A program made the translations under genes and the position numbers. This document shows positions 1-13,874 of a stretch of DNA of 64,000 bases, piece by piece. Numbering within the stretch: the first letter of the stretch is position 1; each line of letters starts with the position of its first letter. This DNA is from Phoronis australis. Lineage: Eukaryota > Animalia > Phoronida. The notes below the pieces were generated by a model. It saw only the letters and a program-made list of their open reading frames with translations, did no database searches and had not been told where the DNA came from. The stretch is from assembly GCA_002633005.1 (NCBI GenBank), contig NMRA01000273.1, positions 129,555-193,554 of the forward strand, written 5' to 3'.

Positions 1-363
1 GCAATGCTATTTGAACATCATCTACAGCAATGCTATTTGAACATCATCTACAGCAATGCTATTTGAACATCATCTACAGCAATGCTATTTGAACATCATC
101 TACAGCAATGCTATTTGAACATCATCTACAGCAATGCTATTTGAACATCATCTACAGCAATGCTATTTGAACATCATCTACAGCAATGCTATTTGAACAT
201 CATCTACAGCAATGCTATTTGAACATCATCTACAGCAATGCTATTTGAACATCATCTACAGCAATGCTATTTGAACATCATCTACAGCAATGCTATTTGA
301 ACATCATCTACAGCAATGCTATTTGAACATCATCTACAGCAATGCTATTTGAACATCATCTAC
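1..363. repeat. 26-bp minisatellite (GCAATGCTATTTGAACATCATCTACA)x~14, truncated by window start
   Basis: Identical head-to-tail units with no spacers. Confidence 0.97.
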
Positions 364-608
364 GCTAAACAAAGTGCAGTTGTGTTCATTGACTACTTGT
401 ATATGTGAAAACGAAAAATCATACAAAAATGTGGCGTTTACACTAATGATGTACCTTGGGGGCTCACATAGCCCGCATCATGCTATGTTATTTCCCAACA
501 CCACTTCACAATACTGACTGGACATGACTGAGTGATTTACGGCATTACAAAACTCTTTCTGAAAAACATTTGGCAATTTTCAACGTACTTCATATTCACA
601 CCGTCGCT
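340..608 (+). repeat. Interspersed repeat copy A, homologous to 54586-54868
   Basis: Collinear shared blocks such as AAAGTGC..TTGT.TTCATTGAC.ACTTGTA, CACTAATGA.GTAC, CACATAGCC.GCATCATG, TGATTTACGGCAT and AAAACATTTGGCAATTTTCAAC.TACTTCATATTCACA. Confidence 0.85.
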
Positions 609-741
609 ATATTTTGTGTGTCTAACAAATTTGACCAAGCAATCTTGGAGATAAGGAATTAGCGTGCAAGTGAAATTTTATTTTACATTTTTTCACAAAA
701 GATATGTTGTATCAAATAAATACATTGTCATGGTTTTAGTT

Positions 742-1001
742 CTGGGGCCCGTTCAAAGAAACTGACTTAAGTTCATTTTTTACTTAAGTCTAAGATTTGT
801 CTCAACTTCTAAAACTTTGAAACTTCCACAACAAGCAAGATAGTCAAAATTAAGACAAAACTTCATTCAAAATCTTAGGTCAAACTGAATATCTTGTTCT
901 CCAAATGGTCTTGAGACACATTTAAGTTTTATCTTAAACTTTTAATGACTGAAATTTAAGATTTATCTTGTCCAAGTCAGTTTTCTTGGAACAGGTCCCT
1001 G
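742..1001. mobile_element. MITE with ~26-bp imperfect TIRs
   Basis: CTGGGGCCCGTTCAAAGAAACTGACT at the left; AGTCAGTTTTCTTGGAACAGGTCCCTG at the right (reverse complement). No clear TSD. Related ends lie at ~10960 and ~16215-16233. Confidence 0.7.
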
Positions 1002-2833
1002 CACTGTAGGTACCTTTGGACAGTCAATGAGCTATACCATAGCTCATTGGGACAGTGTTGTGGGAAACTGTGCCTGTCAACAGCAATGTTGGACAGTCTG
1101 AAAAAATGAATAAAAGTCAATTTGGATGATAATCTTTGTCCTGGGTGAGATTTTACAAAACTTAAGGTATGTTTGTGGTTATGGTTTGCTGCATCAGTGA
1201 CTTTCAAAGAAACCACTCACAATGATGAAGTAAGTGATATGTTTTCCTACATTGTCAAGATCGGTTATTTTCAAACATAACTGTCATAGCTCATAACGCA
1301 TCAAGAGATTATAGGGTTACGTAATACAATTTCCTGGAACAGCCAACTTGTACCTGGAACTGAAACTAGGCAAAGTTCAACCAGTATACAACTTGATGCT
1401 TGGTAGCCAATATTTACCATAAAACCATCTTTCCATTGTATGGACATGACCTCTGACTCCGCGGGCAATAAATCTTGTCTGATCCTGACTGTTGTTGTTA
1501 TTGTTGTTGTTTTGTCCTTCACTGGAGACACAGTTGTTTTCTTAATCAGGGGAGGGATGGGCTGGATTATCTAATCAGATTATTGGCAATTACAACAAGC
1601 AACACACTATGTTTAGGAATAACAGAAAAGACATCAGTTCTAACTGCTTCACAGAGGTGGTTTATTTCTCCATGTCCCTGTGTCTCTGTTTTAGGCTCCA
1701 AATCTGTGGGGGAGTTTGCTTGACTAAATATTGTCATTAGTTGTGATGCTTTGATTTTATTAATGATTATTCTGTCATGACCATTTCAAACACTAAGAAT
1801 TGTGTAATGTGTTTGTACTGAGTATATGGGTTGTTTTTGAAAATTGACATCTTGGGAGTTTATGGCTCTCAAAATAGTACAAACAAAATATGGAGGTGTA
1901 AGTAAATCTCAAATATTGTGATGTATAATAGAAAAATTACATTCAGACCAGAGTTGTTAAAACAAATTTTGATAGTAAATTGATAGTACCTGATGCAGTG
2001 AGCGAGACAATGAATGGCTATGTACATTCAGTAAAATAGGAATTGTTTTGGATAGTTGGTAGCCATTTTTATCTTGTTGAGTGCTTGCTAGTATAATTTA
2101 GAAATCGACAGACATAATCACCACATATCCAACAATTTACAGTGTTTTGTTGGTACTTGTTAGACGTGTTGCCCTTACCTAGCATGTGCTGTGAAAGTGG
2201 GTCAGTAAAACCTACCTAACCGTTGACTACCGTCATCAATTACCTGTACCAGGATTGGAATGATACTGCAAGCATGTTTAAAGAGCCAAATTTGCATGTG
2301 TTACCATTCAAGGTAGGCCAGAATCTGACTAATGAAATAAAGCCTACTCATGTCATTTTCCAACTGTATGAATAGGGTACCCTGCACAATCCTGCATAAC
2401 CGTGACACGCTCCTGTTCAACGTTGCATGCCTGATTACTCACAATTAGATTGATATGAACATTGATTAGGCCTATAGAAATGGCATACTTGGTTCCGGCA
2501 TTTTTTTGCTTTTTTTTTTCTATAAAATTGATGCAGTATTTTTGTTGTATGTATTTTCAAAAGAATCACTTCATGCTACCTGAAACTGGTCATGATACTT
2601 GTTTTTCCAGCCTCACCTGATGCCTATAACGCTCCCCGTTTCAACAACCATCATGTAGACTTTTGATAAATGTTATTGTACGCTCCCCAGTTACAGAACA
2701 TAATCGGTGCATAAGTATAAATTGATCCACCATGACACTTTAACTGATTGAGCCTGATCTCAATAAAGTGTTCTTTACAAGCCAAAAAGTACTTTCCAAA
2801 CAAAACGAGTTTGAGACCAGTTTTACAACAGTA

Positions 2834-3045
2834 TAGTCGCATTTACATGGGAGCCAGATATCATGGAGCACAACACACGGAAGGGATCATCGGTGTTAGG
2901 CTTGCGCAATAACGCATATATGGATGATCCACTGGGATTCCACGTGGTTTGAACATTCGCTGATGTTTATTCACGCATGCGCTGTATTCGTGTAAATGAC
3001 TCGTACTAATCCAGTTTGCGATCTAACGTCGTGTAAATGCGACTA
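2834..3045. mobile_element. MITE, PIF/Harbinger-like termini
   Basis: 14-bp perfect TIR TAGTCGCATTTACA ... TGTAAATGCGACTA, CpG-rich interior, AT-rich flanks. Superfamily is inferred from terminus style only. Confidence 0.65.
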
Positions 3046-6000
3046 AAGTGGAGCTATTCTTGCCTTGACAACCGGCGGCACCGTGACAACTGTTCCTGGC
3101 ATAAAAACAGCTGAACTGGTTGTTTTTGACGGGAGATGGGTTTAAAACCATTTTGCTTTCCAAATATTACCATTTGTATCAAAATGATGGACATAGCCCA
3201 AATAATTATTTTCAGTGTTAGACTGTTGCACCATAAATATACATATATAAATATTCCCATTTACTTCAAAAGGATGAACATAGGCCAAACCAATGAGCTA
3301 TATCAGGAGCATAGCTCATTGGCCAAACAATTATTTCTAGTATTAGACTATTTCAACATACCCTTGGTAATACCTGAATGAAATGTCCACAATGTGCCAT
3401 TGTCAAAGCTGAGGTCACTGAGTGCGTTTAGGTTCACCCCAGATCCCAGGTGAACCTGACAAGTGTGCTGGCCAAAGGACTGTTATATTTGAAGACATAT
3501 TTACTAATAGGACCAGAGAGGTAAAAGCTGGCTAATTCAACACCCTACCTGCCCAAGCTTAACAGGGTGGAAAACAAATAAACACATCATAATGTTCATT
3601 GTGTGTGGTCACTTACACATACCTCAAATTAGCAAATGGGAAATTAGGTAGACCTCAGTGACACCTGAGTATATATTTGCTCTTTTTGTGACAGAAATTA
3701 TTTTAGAAATTATTTTATTACACTTTGGTTAGGTCTGTTGAACCTCAAAATGACAGGAATACAGTTTTTTATACCAACTGTGACCCCTTTTATTTTACTT
3801 TCAGCATTTGAAAAATAAAAGTAATTTATTCCCTTAGCACTGGTTTTCGTGAAGGCTCATGATACATTTGTTCAATGTTCATTCTCGTTCACACACTCTT
3901 AAAGCCCTGTCCAGTGTCACCTTTGAAAACAATAGCTACTGATTCATGTTTTGTGGTCCAACCATTTGATTTGCTCTTTATACAGCGACTTCGCATTCTT
4001 AACACCACCGAGGGAAAGGAGTTCACTGACTCAGTTGAAAGTTTCACCCACATTGATTTGGTTTATTCCAGTTTCAAGTTTGTGCTTAATTAGCGCTGAG
4101 TGGGATTTTATGGTAGAGCACAAGGAGAAAAGATTAGCACACTGCTCATGGCCTACCACTGACCACAAGACTTGAGCCGAGTCACACAACATCCCTTGCC
4201 CAAACCACTGTCCTGGTTAAAATGTTCACTAGTAGCAAAAACACCAGTCAGCTGAACAGTTGCCCCAAAACTGCTCTCAAGTATGTATCCAGACCTCTTC
4301 CTTCAGAAGACAAATGTGTAGGGCAAAGATGCCTTTGTTTACCCTCGCATTTATCAATTTATATAGGGGCAGAGTGAACATGTTTTGTCTTCACTTTCCA
4401 TTTATAAGCGATTCTGGTGGTGAGGAAACAAACTAACTGCTGTTGAAAATAGCACTTCTTCTACAGCCGGTCGAACAAGAACAGGCTCAGGGAAAAAGCA
4501 CCCAATATTTCACACTTCATTCAAGACAAGTGTCTATATCATCGCTGGCTCTGGCGCCTGTTTTATCTAACTGGCCAATTTCACTATCAGAGTTTGACAA
4601 AATACATCACCCACTACAATTGTTGCTCTGCTCAGATTTATCGTTGGACTCTCCATGTTTATCCTGGTGGGAAATATTTTTGAGTGTTTTTATCTGTTAC
4701 GTTGATGAGATGTTGTAACAAAATTAGCAGCTTCTGAAGTAAGGAAACAATTTTTTCACTATTATGGCACTTGTTTCGCAAATTTCAGAGAGATAAGAAG
4801 AGCCTTTTCTAGCTTTTATAGTAGAAATTAGATTTGGGCCATCTCTTATGAAATCACTGATAAGAATATTTGCTATTGTTATTGTTACTATCAATATTGT
4901 TTTCTCAAAACGTGCCTTGAATAAAACTAGTTAACATCTTGATATCGGTCACACTTAACTCTGCCGTACTTTTTCTCGATTTAGATCATCCAAGATGTCT
5001 AGTGCCAGGTTGCATGAAATGGTCCCTATATCTGAAATGTATTTGTGTTGTTCTTTACTCATAGGTGTAACGTTTTTCTGTCGTTATGTCTTTATGGTGA
5101 ACTCCTCTTTGAATACTGACATTTTCTAAAAATAAAACTGAAAATTGAGCACTTAGTTCAATGGAAATAATTAGGAATTAGTCCTAAAATTAAGGGTGTT
5201 GTAGGAAAAGATCCCTACTTATTTCCAATAGTGTTCCAGGTGGAGTTCACTCTTGATTTGTATTGAAGCCAATTGACTCAGTAATGAAACTAAAACAGCT
5301 TAAGAGAAGACAATCAGTGTTTTCGTTGTCCACAGTCTGTAATAGATTTAGGGAACATAGTCAAATCCTTAGTTAGGACAGTTTAATGCAACCACGTGGC
5401 ACGCTCTTTCCATCCACCTACCAACAAATGAAAGTATGCTAAAACTAAAAAGTCAATTTGTTTTTTGTTGTTATTTCATTTTTCGTTACTGCTTATACAT
5501 GGTCTTCATGGTACAAAATGTGGCGTGAAAACACTTCTTCAAAACTTGTGTTGCTCAGCTTGAAAGTTGGTCACCACATGGTATCCTTGACCAGTCTGTG
5601 TACTGTCGCATGGGAACCAATTACATTTTAAAATCTTTATGCGCCTGTCATGCCAAGTGGACTTCTGTCGAAAACAACACTCCACCCAGAAATGAGGTGC
5701 AACTACAGCTACCATAACAGAATTTGAAACTGGAGATTTCAACAGGTCTGCCCTTATCAACAGGAACGTGGGTTGTGTGTGCAAAATAGATTGGGCTCAA
5801 ACTTTTTTTAAAACTCGAGTTCAGTGCAAGTGTAACCCTGCTACGCTGATTGGCCGTACATCCTGTTGCACTTGTACTTTTCTATTCCAATGAAAAGTTT
5901 TACCAGTAGTGTTAATGCAGAACACGTGAACTGTTACATTTTTGTCCGCCGACGTGTTGTTACACTGACGTCACACGCTGTTACAGTTAAGAATTAGTTT

Positions 6001-6639
6001 TCCATTTTTTGACACCATTCTGTGAGTAGTTAATCACATTGCAGTACAATATTGGAACCATTCCTCAAACAATTCAAAGCATTCAGTGTCCTGTGCAGTA
6101 ACATGCGCGCTGGCTGATTTGAAATTAATTTCACATTTTTCAACCACAGCGTAAATACTGCCCACATCTGGGGTCATAGTAGTTTTCATTCTCTGTTTTT
6201 ACAATCATCATCAGAAACAATTTACCAAACATTGTATGGAAGACACAAAAGCTCCATAAAAACAGTTAATTAAATCAGCCACATGAAGGCTATCTTCTGT
6301 AGTCGATGGTGGCTCTGAGCTCCATGCAGCTTACAAAAACCATGCCTGAGAGATCGTCAGCCAATATAAGAGTACTGTGTTTCAATAACAACAAGTGATG
6401 GTTAACCCTTTTGAAACTTATCCTGTGTTGGTTTAGATTTTTTTTCAGTGGATTCATGGTGGAATACCATGCCAACAAGGATTGTAAATATAGTTACTAG
6501 ATTTTTAACTTGATACAAGGTACTACTCAGATAGAGGAATCCTGTGTTACTGATTATACATACCATTTTTATAATCCATGTGTTGTAAACATTTATCGTA
6601 TATACAAGTGGTTCTAACATTGTTGTGAATGTCCGTAAT

Positions 6640-6769
6640 TTTTCAAAATATTGTCTGGTGGTAACCATGGTGCAGAACTTGAGCCTGTTATAGAATTCCT
6701 TTGGTGCTACTTGTCTTTTATGAGAAGTAAAATTTCACTTTCGTGCTATGTGCTGTCCTAAATTGGTGC
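6640..6769 (-). repeat. Inverted fragment of the CACCAATTTAGGACA repeat family
   Basis: Reverse complement reads CACCAATTTAGGACAGCACATAGCACGAAAGTGAAATTTT, similar to the copies at 45302 and 57289. Confidence 0.55.
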
Positions 6770-9700
6770 CAGCCCAGGTTAGTAGTGTTGTGGAAGTTAG
6801 GAGTACTACATGATTTAATGCAGCTGACCACTTCAGTAGAATGTCAACAAATACAGAGGGAGATGGCAGCTATTCCTGTTTCAAGTGGTGATTCTAACTG
6901 CTGTGGAATTATCTCTGCACTTCAACTAGACACTGGTTGTCTAGGTTTACAACTGTCTGCGCTTTCCAGTCAGTTGCACACAGACGACCAGTCAACTAGT
7001 CCTAGTAATTGTGACTGTTGGGTAAATCCATGCTCTTACTAAACAACAAAACCTGGCAACTCTAATGAGTTGGAAATAAACTTGTCTCTGAATATGGTTC
7101 TAGGCATAAGCTGCTAGTCCAGATAGACTTACAGTTGACTGGTTTAAAAGCATGTTCTTTAAAACTGCCTGTTGCTTTTCCTGAGCTCTTGATTAAATCA
7201 CATAATTAACTCCATGTTCACCACTGCTGTAATAATCCCATTTGGTCACAACACATTTCAGACTGAAATCTGTCATTCATGTCAATCAGTGCTTGTCACT
7301 TTCATTCCATCAGTACCAACCAATCAGGGGAAGCGTTACAACAGTGGCATTATTAGACTCCTCCCTTCCTTTGAGTAATTATCATATGATAAGTGTGGGC
7401 GAAGGAATGCATTGTGGGGGTTTACAAGTTGTTGATGGTCTGTAGTTCCTGGAAGGGTATTCTTACAGGTCAATGCGTATTCTTAGACTTCCTTGTAGTT
7501 CAAAATGTTTTATTTTCTAAGTTCTATATTTCCATGAACAATTATGCTTAAATTTCTTTGTAATAATGACAGTTGACATTATCCTAACAACAGTGCGCTA
7601 ATGGAAAGAAAGGTGATGGCCATAGGTAAATCTCAAAAAAACTGTTGATGTCACTAAACAAATGTAATGCATTCAGATGTGAGTAATAGCTGATGTGATT
7701 TTTACATTGAATTGATTGCTTGGTAAATTTACCATGCTTTCTTAACTCTATCACACGCTTTGTAACTTCAGTCTGTTAGGATGAGTGGTGCCCTGCTGTG
7801 TGATGGGCTAAGCAGTTATCCCAGATTTACTTTTCTTTCCTATTTCAAAGCATGTTTTATGCAACTCAATACCTCGAGCTTTTCAAACTGTGCATTGTAG
7901 CAGCCAAGGGGGAAAATGCGATGTAATTATTCTCATTCTATCTCACTTTAGCATCTTTAAATTGCTGGCTGCAATCACTGGTTTGTCATGCATTTCCAAT
8001 ACAAAACACATCTACTGCCATTAAATACAGCCCTGCCCTCAGATTTCAATATACTGCCCCTTCCATTTGTTCTTTAATGTCCTTGATGTTTTGACAAAAT
8101 GCTACCTTATGCAACATTAGCTGTTAACTCCATCCAGGGATGGCCTGGCTACAACAGCTCTATTGTCTGGCACCAGTTGATGGGATTCAAGGTATACCAA
8201 CTGTATACAGCCAACAGCATTTATGACCATGCTGATGGGTTTATGAGTTAGGGAGCTGGGTCAAAGCCTGAGTAGACAGGGGACACAACCCTTACTGTTC
8301 CATTCACTGGGACTGCCAATACACATATTTGTGTATTCCATGTGCTGGCATGTAAGACTGGCTTTTTACAAGTGTGGTGCAAATTTTGCAAGATGTTATT
8401 GTTCAGAGGCCTGTTTTACTAAAGGACTTGCAACATTTCTCTGTTTTAAGTCTCATTTACATATGTGGCAACTAAACAGTAAGATTTTTTCATGAGATTT
8501 AAAACTTTGTTGGATGGAGCTCGAAGTTGAAGAAAAGCCCTCCAATTTTTATTGTTAGAGAAACATTGACTTCATTTTTAAACAGACATCATAGTTTTTA
8601 TGGCTATTAAACACATTTTTGGGGTTATTTTAGATGGGATAGATTTTTTGAAGCTGTTAATTTTGACAACAGATGTAAAAATATATAATCGGTTGTTTTT
8701 GTAATTTTAATACAAATTGCCAATTATTAGAATGTCTGCCAGACAAATGACCAAGGCTGGTGATGTAACCCGTTAAATATACCCTTAAAGTACTCTGCAG
8801 TCTGTCTCAGCTAGCTGAGCATGTAGCTGCGAGTGAGTTTCTCGATTCGAATCCACATGGGCTGTTCCCAGAAAGCCACTTTCCCCACTCAGAGTTCAAT
8901 TTAAGTTCTGCCGCAAGTTAAAAAGGTCACAAAGTGAAGACATTTTAGTGAAATGGGCCTCAGGGTATAATCTCATGAATGAATCGGTGAACAATACCAA
9001 CTTTACAACCTTTATTCATTAACATTCAAAATCTAATGGTAGGTGAATTTACGACTTCGTACCGCAACCAGAAAAAATGCTTGTCATTCTCAAAATCTTT
9101 TGATGATTGCTATTTGTAAAACGTTCCATTTGATTGTCACGATTTCCTGTACTTTCTCATCGTGTTCAGTCAAGTGTCAATTATTGACATGCTGGTGACT
9201 TTAATGTCCTGGGATTGGCCTTGTCATCCGTTTTCCTGTGATTTATTCCTTATTCTGTTGATTTAAATTACAAATCCTTTTTACTTAGGAAAACATCAAT
9301 CTAGACTGGTGTTGGTAGCGCTGGTACCGTAGTCCTCTTGCTCTGTTTACACACCTCAGTAGATGACAAGAGCGTTCAGTTTTACCTGTTCTGGTGTATT
9401 TTGAAATTAATTCAACCATACTTAGTTTATTTTCTCTACAAGGTGAAATTGTAACTTTTAAAATCAGTTGTTTTATTTTTTCTAAAGTCAAATATACAAG
9501 TTTGTTAGAAATCATCCTTGGTCATACGGCAAGTTTAATTTGTGTTTATGCTTATCAAAAGGGTAGAATACTCCAAAATTACTGCAACTAAAAGATGGGT
9601 GAAGGTTTGTATGAATTTCTTAAAAGGGTTTGTGTCCAGGGTTCAAAATGATATGCATGAAGTGACAATGTCAAGACTTGGTCAAAACCTCATGCAGGAC

Positions 9701-10959
9701 ACAATCAGTTTGAGTGCCACCTGTTGCCATGCCTCTATTGCCCAAGCTGTTTAAATAATGTTTGCTGTCCTCTATGGTACTTATGAATTAGTGTGGGATT
9801 TCAAATCAAATCTTATCAGTTACATCCCATCCTTTTCTGTTGCATAAAAGTTATGCATTGGATAGCAACGTTGACGTCGCATAGTGACGCGTTGCATTGA
9901 CTCGTTTTATGCAACCATTCCAGGTTAACAAGGTGAAAGAGCACGTTTGCGTCATTCAAACTCTAGTCCAATCAACCAAATTACCTTTGATAAGCGAACG
10001 GTTTGTGCTAACCGTAATTAGTCTTAATTTACTCGCTCCTTTGAGCGAAGCATTCTTATCAGAGTATTTGGCTTGTGTTTGCAAAAGGTTACTCAGTGTG
10101 AAGATTTCCATGGCAACAAAAAAAATATATATGCAAGAATTTCAGTCATTAAGAGAGTTGGGAGGTGACCTTAAAAGATAAGTTTTCAATCACACACGCA
10201 CATAAAAATATGGTAGGAGAACTTTCAACTACTAAAGGTTTTACCTCGTTACGATAAAATGAAGATGTTCACTTAATTAGACTTGCAATGAAGTTGTACC
10301 TCGTGTCATGTAGAGATGCTTGCACAGTTTAAATGTATTATATGAAAGCAGCCTTCCATCAGAAAAATCAATGTTTGGTTTAGATCACTTTCAGTTGTGA
10401 AATTGATCTCAAATTGTTCCTAAGTCAAATTTGAAGTGGTTTCTTGGCTTCCCAAGCACTAACAGTTGCTTTTTTATTGAGATCAGTCTCTAGTGGGCAT
10501 TTTATTCAATCAGCGTGGTCTTAACGAATGTCGTTCTTTGTAAAGTGAGGAAACCACTTCTCAAGAACGAGTTGAGACCAATAATACAATGTGACTTACG
10601 TACATCAACAATTGGCTTCTCAGACAAAACAGGTTTTCATGTTCATCTCTCCAAAAATTTGATGATATATTTTTATTGATTTTCAGTTTTCAGGCTCTTA
10701 ATATTGATTACGTTGGTCAACAAACATTGTGTAATGCATCCAGGAAATGGCAATGTTGACCTTTAACACAAAATCAACTTTCTTGCTCCTTTGAGTACTA
10801 CCTTTCACTATTATCTTCCTACCCCCACTCTTTTGTTACATCACATGACTTGTGTTTTCCTGTGTGTAATGACTCTCTTCTTTATCAACCATCATCCATT
10901 CTCACTCACGATTTCCAAGCTGCTGTGTTCACAAGTGGTCCTTCTCAAGTCATTGTAGA

Positions 10960-11050
10960 CTAGGGTCCTGTTCCAAGAAAACTGATTAAACTAAGACAAA
11001 TCTCAAACTAAGACAGTTAAGTCCGTTCCAAAAATGATCTTAAAAGTCCT
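10960..11050 (+). mobile_element. Solo end of the MITE family seen at 742-1001
   Basis: CTAGGGTCCTGTTCCAAGAAAACTGA matches the TIR of 742-1001 and is followed by TAAGAC-type motifs like those inside that element. Confidence 0.55.
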
Positions 11051-11343
11051 TATCTCAAGGGGTTAATCTAGTTCAAAAACTTGGAAATATGTACTAAATT
11101 TAATAATATGTTACATGATATAATGTTTACCTCTTTGCTTTTATCAAACTAAAAGCCATTTCGAGCACTGTTTTGTACCTCAGCCAAGATCAGAAAGTCG
11201 TTGACCATTCCTGTCTATTTCCGTGACATCAGTTCCTTGTACATCAGTTCAGGAACGATTCCGTTGTATAAAAAAGTTCCGTGATTGAAAACGCAACCGA
11301 AGGAGAGTGTAGTGATCTGTAGTCTGTGAGCTGAATTTCAGCG

Positions 11344-11450
11344 ATGGGAAAATGTTGTGTTAAGAGCATGGTGCAGTAATTTTTTTAATCACTTGGTCAC
11401 ACGAATTTCAGCTATTCAAGACTCCCGGAGCTACGGTATGAATGTGGTCG
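11344..11450 (+). pseudogene. Highly decayed THAP-domain N-terminus (transposase relic)
   Basis: ATG GGA AAA TGT TGT GTT, then a frameshift to GCA TGG TGC AGT AAT (MGKCCV/AWCSN), then HEF..W. This resembles the THAP M-x2-C-x4-C-S-N...F...W pattern. Confidence 0.3.
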
Positions 11451-13874
11451 TCCTGCGGGGCGAAGTAGTGATGTCTATGGCCAGGCCGCCAGCCTCCAGG
11501 CTCCGGTAGTAAACCTATACGAATGCTTCAAGCTGAATAAAAATTCTTCCTTTTATTTTAAACTTTTTAATACTACTATTATACTATTTGGCAACATTAC
11601 AATTTTTCTTTCTTGCGTTATTTCGTCAACAGTTGGTATTCTATAAAAAATAGGCTGTCGCTTATTGTTGGTCGTTGGCTGCCTAACAAAGTTGCTGGAG
11701 ACAGCCCTCCTCTCATATCGGAGTTAAATACTATGAAAGGGAAATAGTATGAAAGTGCCTTTTGATCTACCCTTACAGAAGATTGACATTTTTAAGAAAA
11801 TACAATGCTCCAGGCACTTTGCTTACTGTACATGAAATTCTCTTAAACATACAAATAAATAAGTGACACATTATCTTTCTTGGGGTGTGGGGAGATTTGC
11901 AAAAAAATTAAAGCCTTCTGAGTGTTGTTTTTATGATGTAATCATAACATTTGTCATATAAAATTGCATCACTCCAATTTGGCTGTGTTTGTGCATCTTC
12001 TGCACCAGTCTTATTATGTCTGGAATAAGACATCCACATGAGCGATCACTTGACTTCATGATTAAATGGTACACTAGTGTATGAAAACATTTGGAAAAGT
12101 CATAGCAAATGTTACTTAATCCCTGATCTTTATCTGCCTGTCTTAAGGGCGTGTTTGCCCAACCCATTCACTTGAAAATGACCTGTGTGGTTGGTGCTGG
12201 TGTTAAAGGTGATAGTTTCTTGGTTGACATTAACAAAACACTGATGTTCAGTTGATGGTTTCAATTTGGCCTGACATTACCTCAGAGGTGTCCCTGAGTC
12301 AATCAATTAATAAAACTTGGGTTGGCGCATCTCTTAAAGAAGCACAAAGACTGATAAGAATGTTATAAACAATCTCTAGGTTCTCACGCTCTGTGCCTTT
12401 TGGAATCGGGAAGATCTACAGCAATTTTCATTATGAAAACACCCAGCCAAGCGATAGCTATCTCAACATGTTGTTCTTCATTTCTGAAGGATTGTTGGAG
12501 AAATATTTCTTTTGCCTTAATCACTGCGCTCTCAGCAAGAGGTGAAGTTGTGGAACCACAAACAAAATAATGATCCTGCTCCAAACAGTTTGGCACTCCT
12601 GGTATCATGTTGTTTTTATCTGATACATTTTTGACAGTTGCTGCCATTCTATTTTCGTCTGTTTTGTGTACAATCGCAACAAGCTCTCACAGAACATAAG
12701 TTACATTGATACTTTCTTGGTTTGATCTCCATGGAGACATTGGATCATTTTTTTGGAATTTAGATTGAAAATATTGGATTCTATATTAATGATGTCCTGT
12801 CATATGCCAGATGGTATTCATGCTTAATTTGTGCACAATACATATATTTCGTGATTGCAGTCCAGGGCTGCAACGTAGGCTGTGATCCATAGACCCAATC
12901 AACTTGGGAACTGCAAGATCACAGAAGTCTTCGAGATATTTTCATGCATTTAAACTAGCTTTGCTCGCGATGTTTTTGTGTTCTGTGGAACGCAGTAGGT
13001 ACTAGTATGGGAAGTGCAGATGTCAGCAATTTTTGTCAGTGCTGATAGGTATGCCATTCTCCACTGTGGTGGTGAGCCATGGAAATTAGCTGTGTTATCA
13101 GATGGCCATATTCTATTGGACAATTGTTCAGCACAGCCTCAATTCATTTTACATATTAGAAGGATAGAGTTGAATCATCAGAGGATAGTTGACTGCAGAC
13201 TGGTCTAGTCCTTTGACATTATATGTATTGGCTAAAGAGGCAGCATGGCAAAAAAGCCCATAGGGGAACTGTTAACCCAGTGACCTTTCTCACTTCAATC
13301 CACTGTAACTGCACTTCAATATCTGACTGCAACATGGAAAAGATTTAATGCTTCATCAGCAACCTGGGTTTTTATTATCCATTAACTGTCGGTTAGTACC
13401 TCTTGATTAGATTTTTGTAAACCTTCAGCAAAATTACGCAATATGTTCATTTCGTTACTAATAACTTCTAAGTAATGGTACCAAGTCAGGCACAGACCAT
13501 CAATTCTGAATTGGACTGATGGACCTTTGAAGTTAGATACAATTTTAATGAAACCCGGGTTATGCAATTTTTGCAATAATTACGCAAGTTTAAGATCTCT
13601 TGGCATAGCGGTATTTTAAGGCTGCATTTGCTAAACTTAATACCCTGATGCACAATATTATGAATGAATCATTTTAACATCATGTAACCAGTGCCATGTT
13701 AGAATAGCCGCGCCATAGACGGCTGTCACGTCTTTGTTAGACAGGAGTTCAGCGCCACCTACAGATCCCATATTATGCTGATGGAAGATTTCAACCTAGT
13801 GGTTTAAACAGCGTCTTAACACCTTTCCTGTTATCATAATACCGGCAAATTTTCACTGATGTGCGGTGGGGTAT

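Noticed and set aside
1-363. 26-bp repeat as a CRISPR array
   Set aside because: No spacers; it is a plain tandem array.
8800-8860. tRNA or tRNA-SINE head (TAGCTGAGC...GATTCGAATCC)
   Set aside because: No cloverleaf can be built, the A/B boxes are too degenerate, and there is no second copy in the window.
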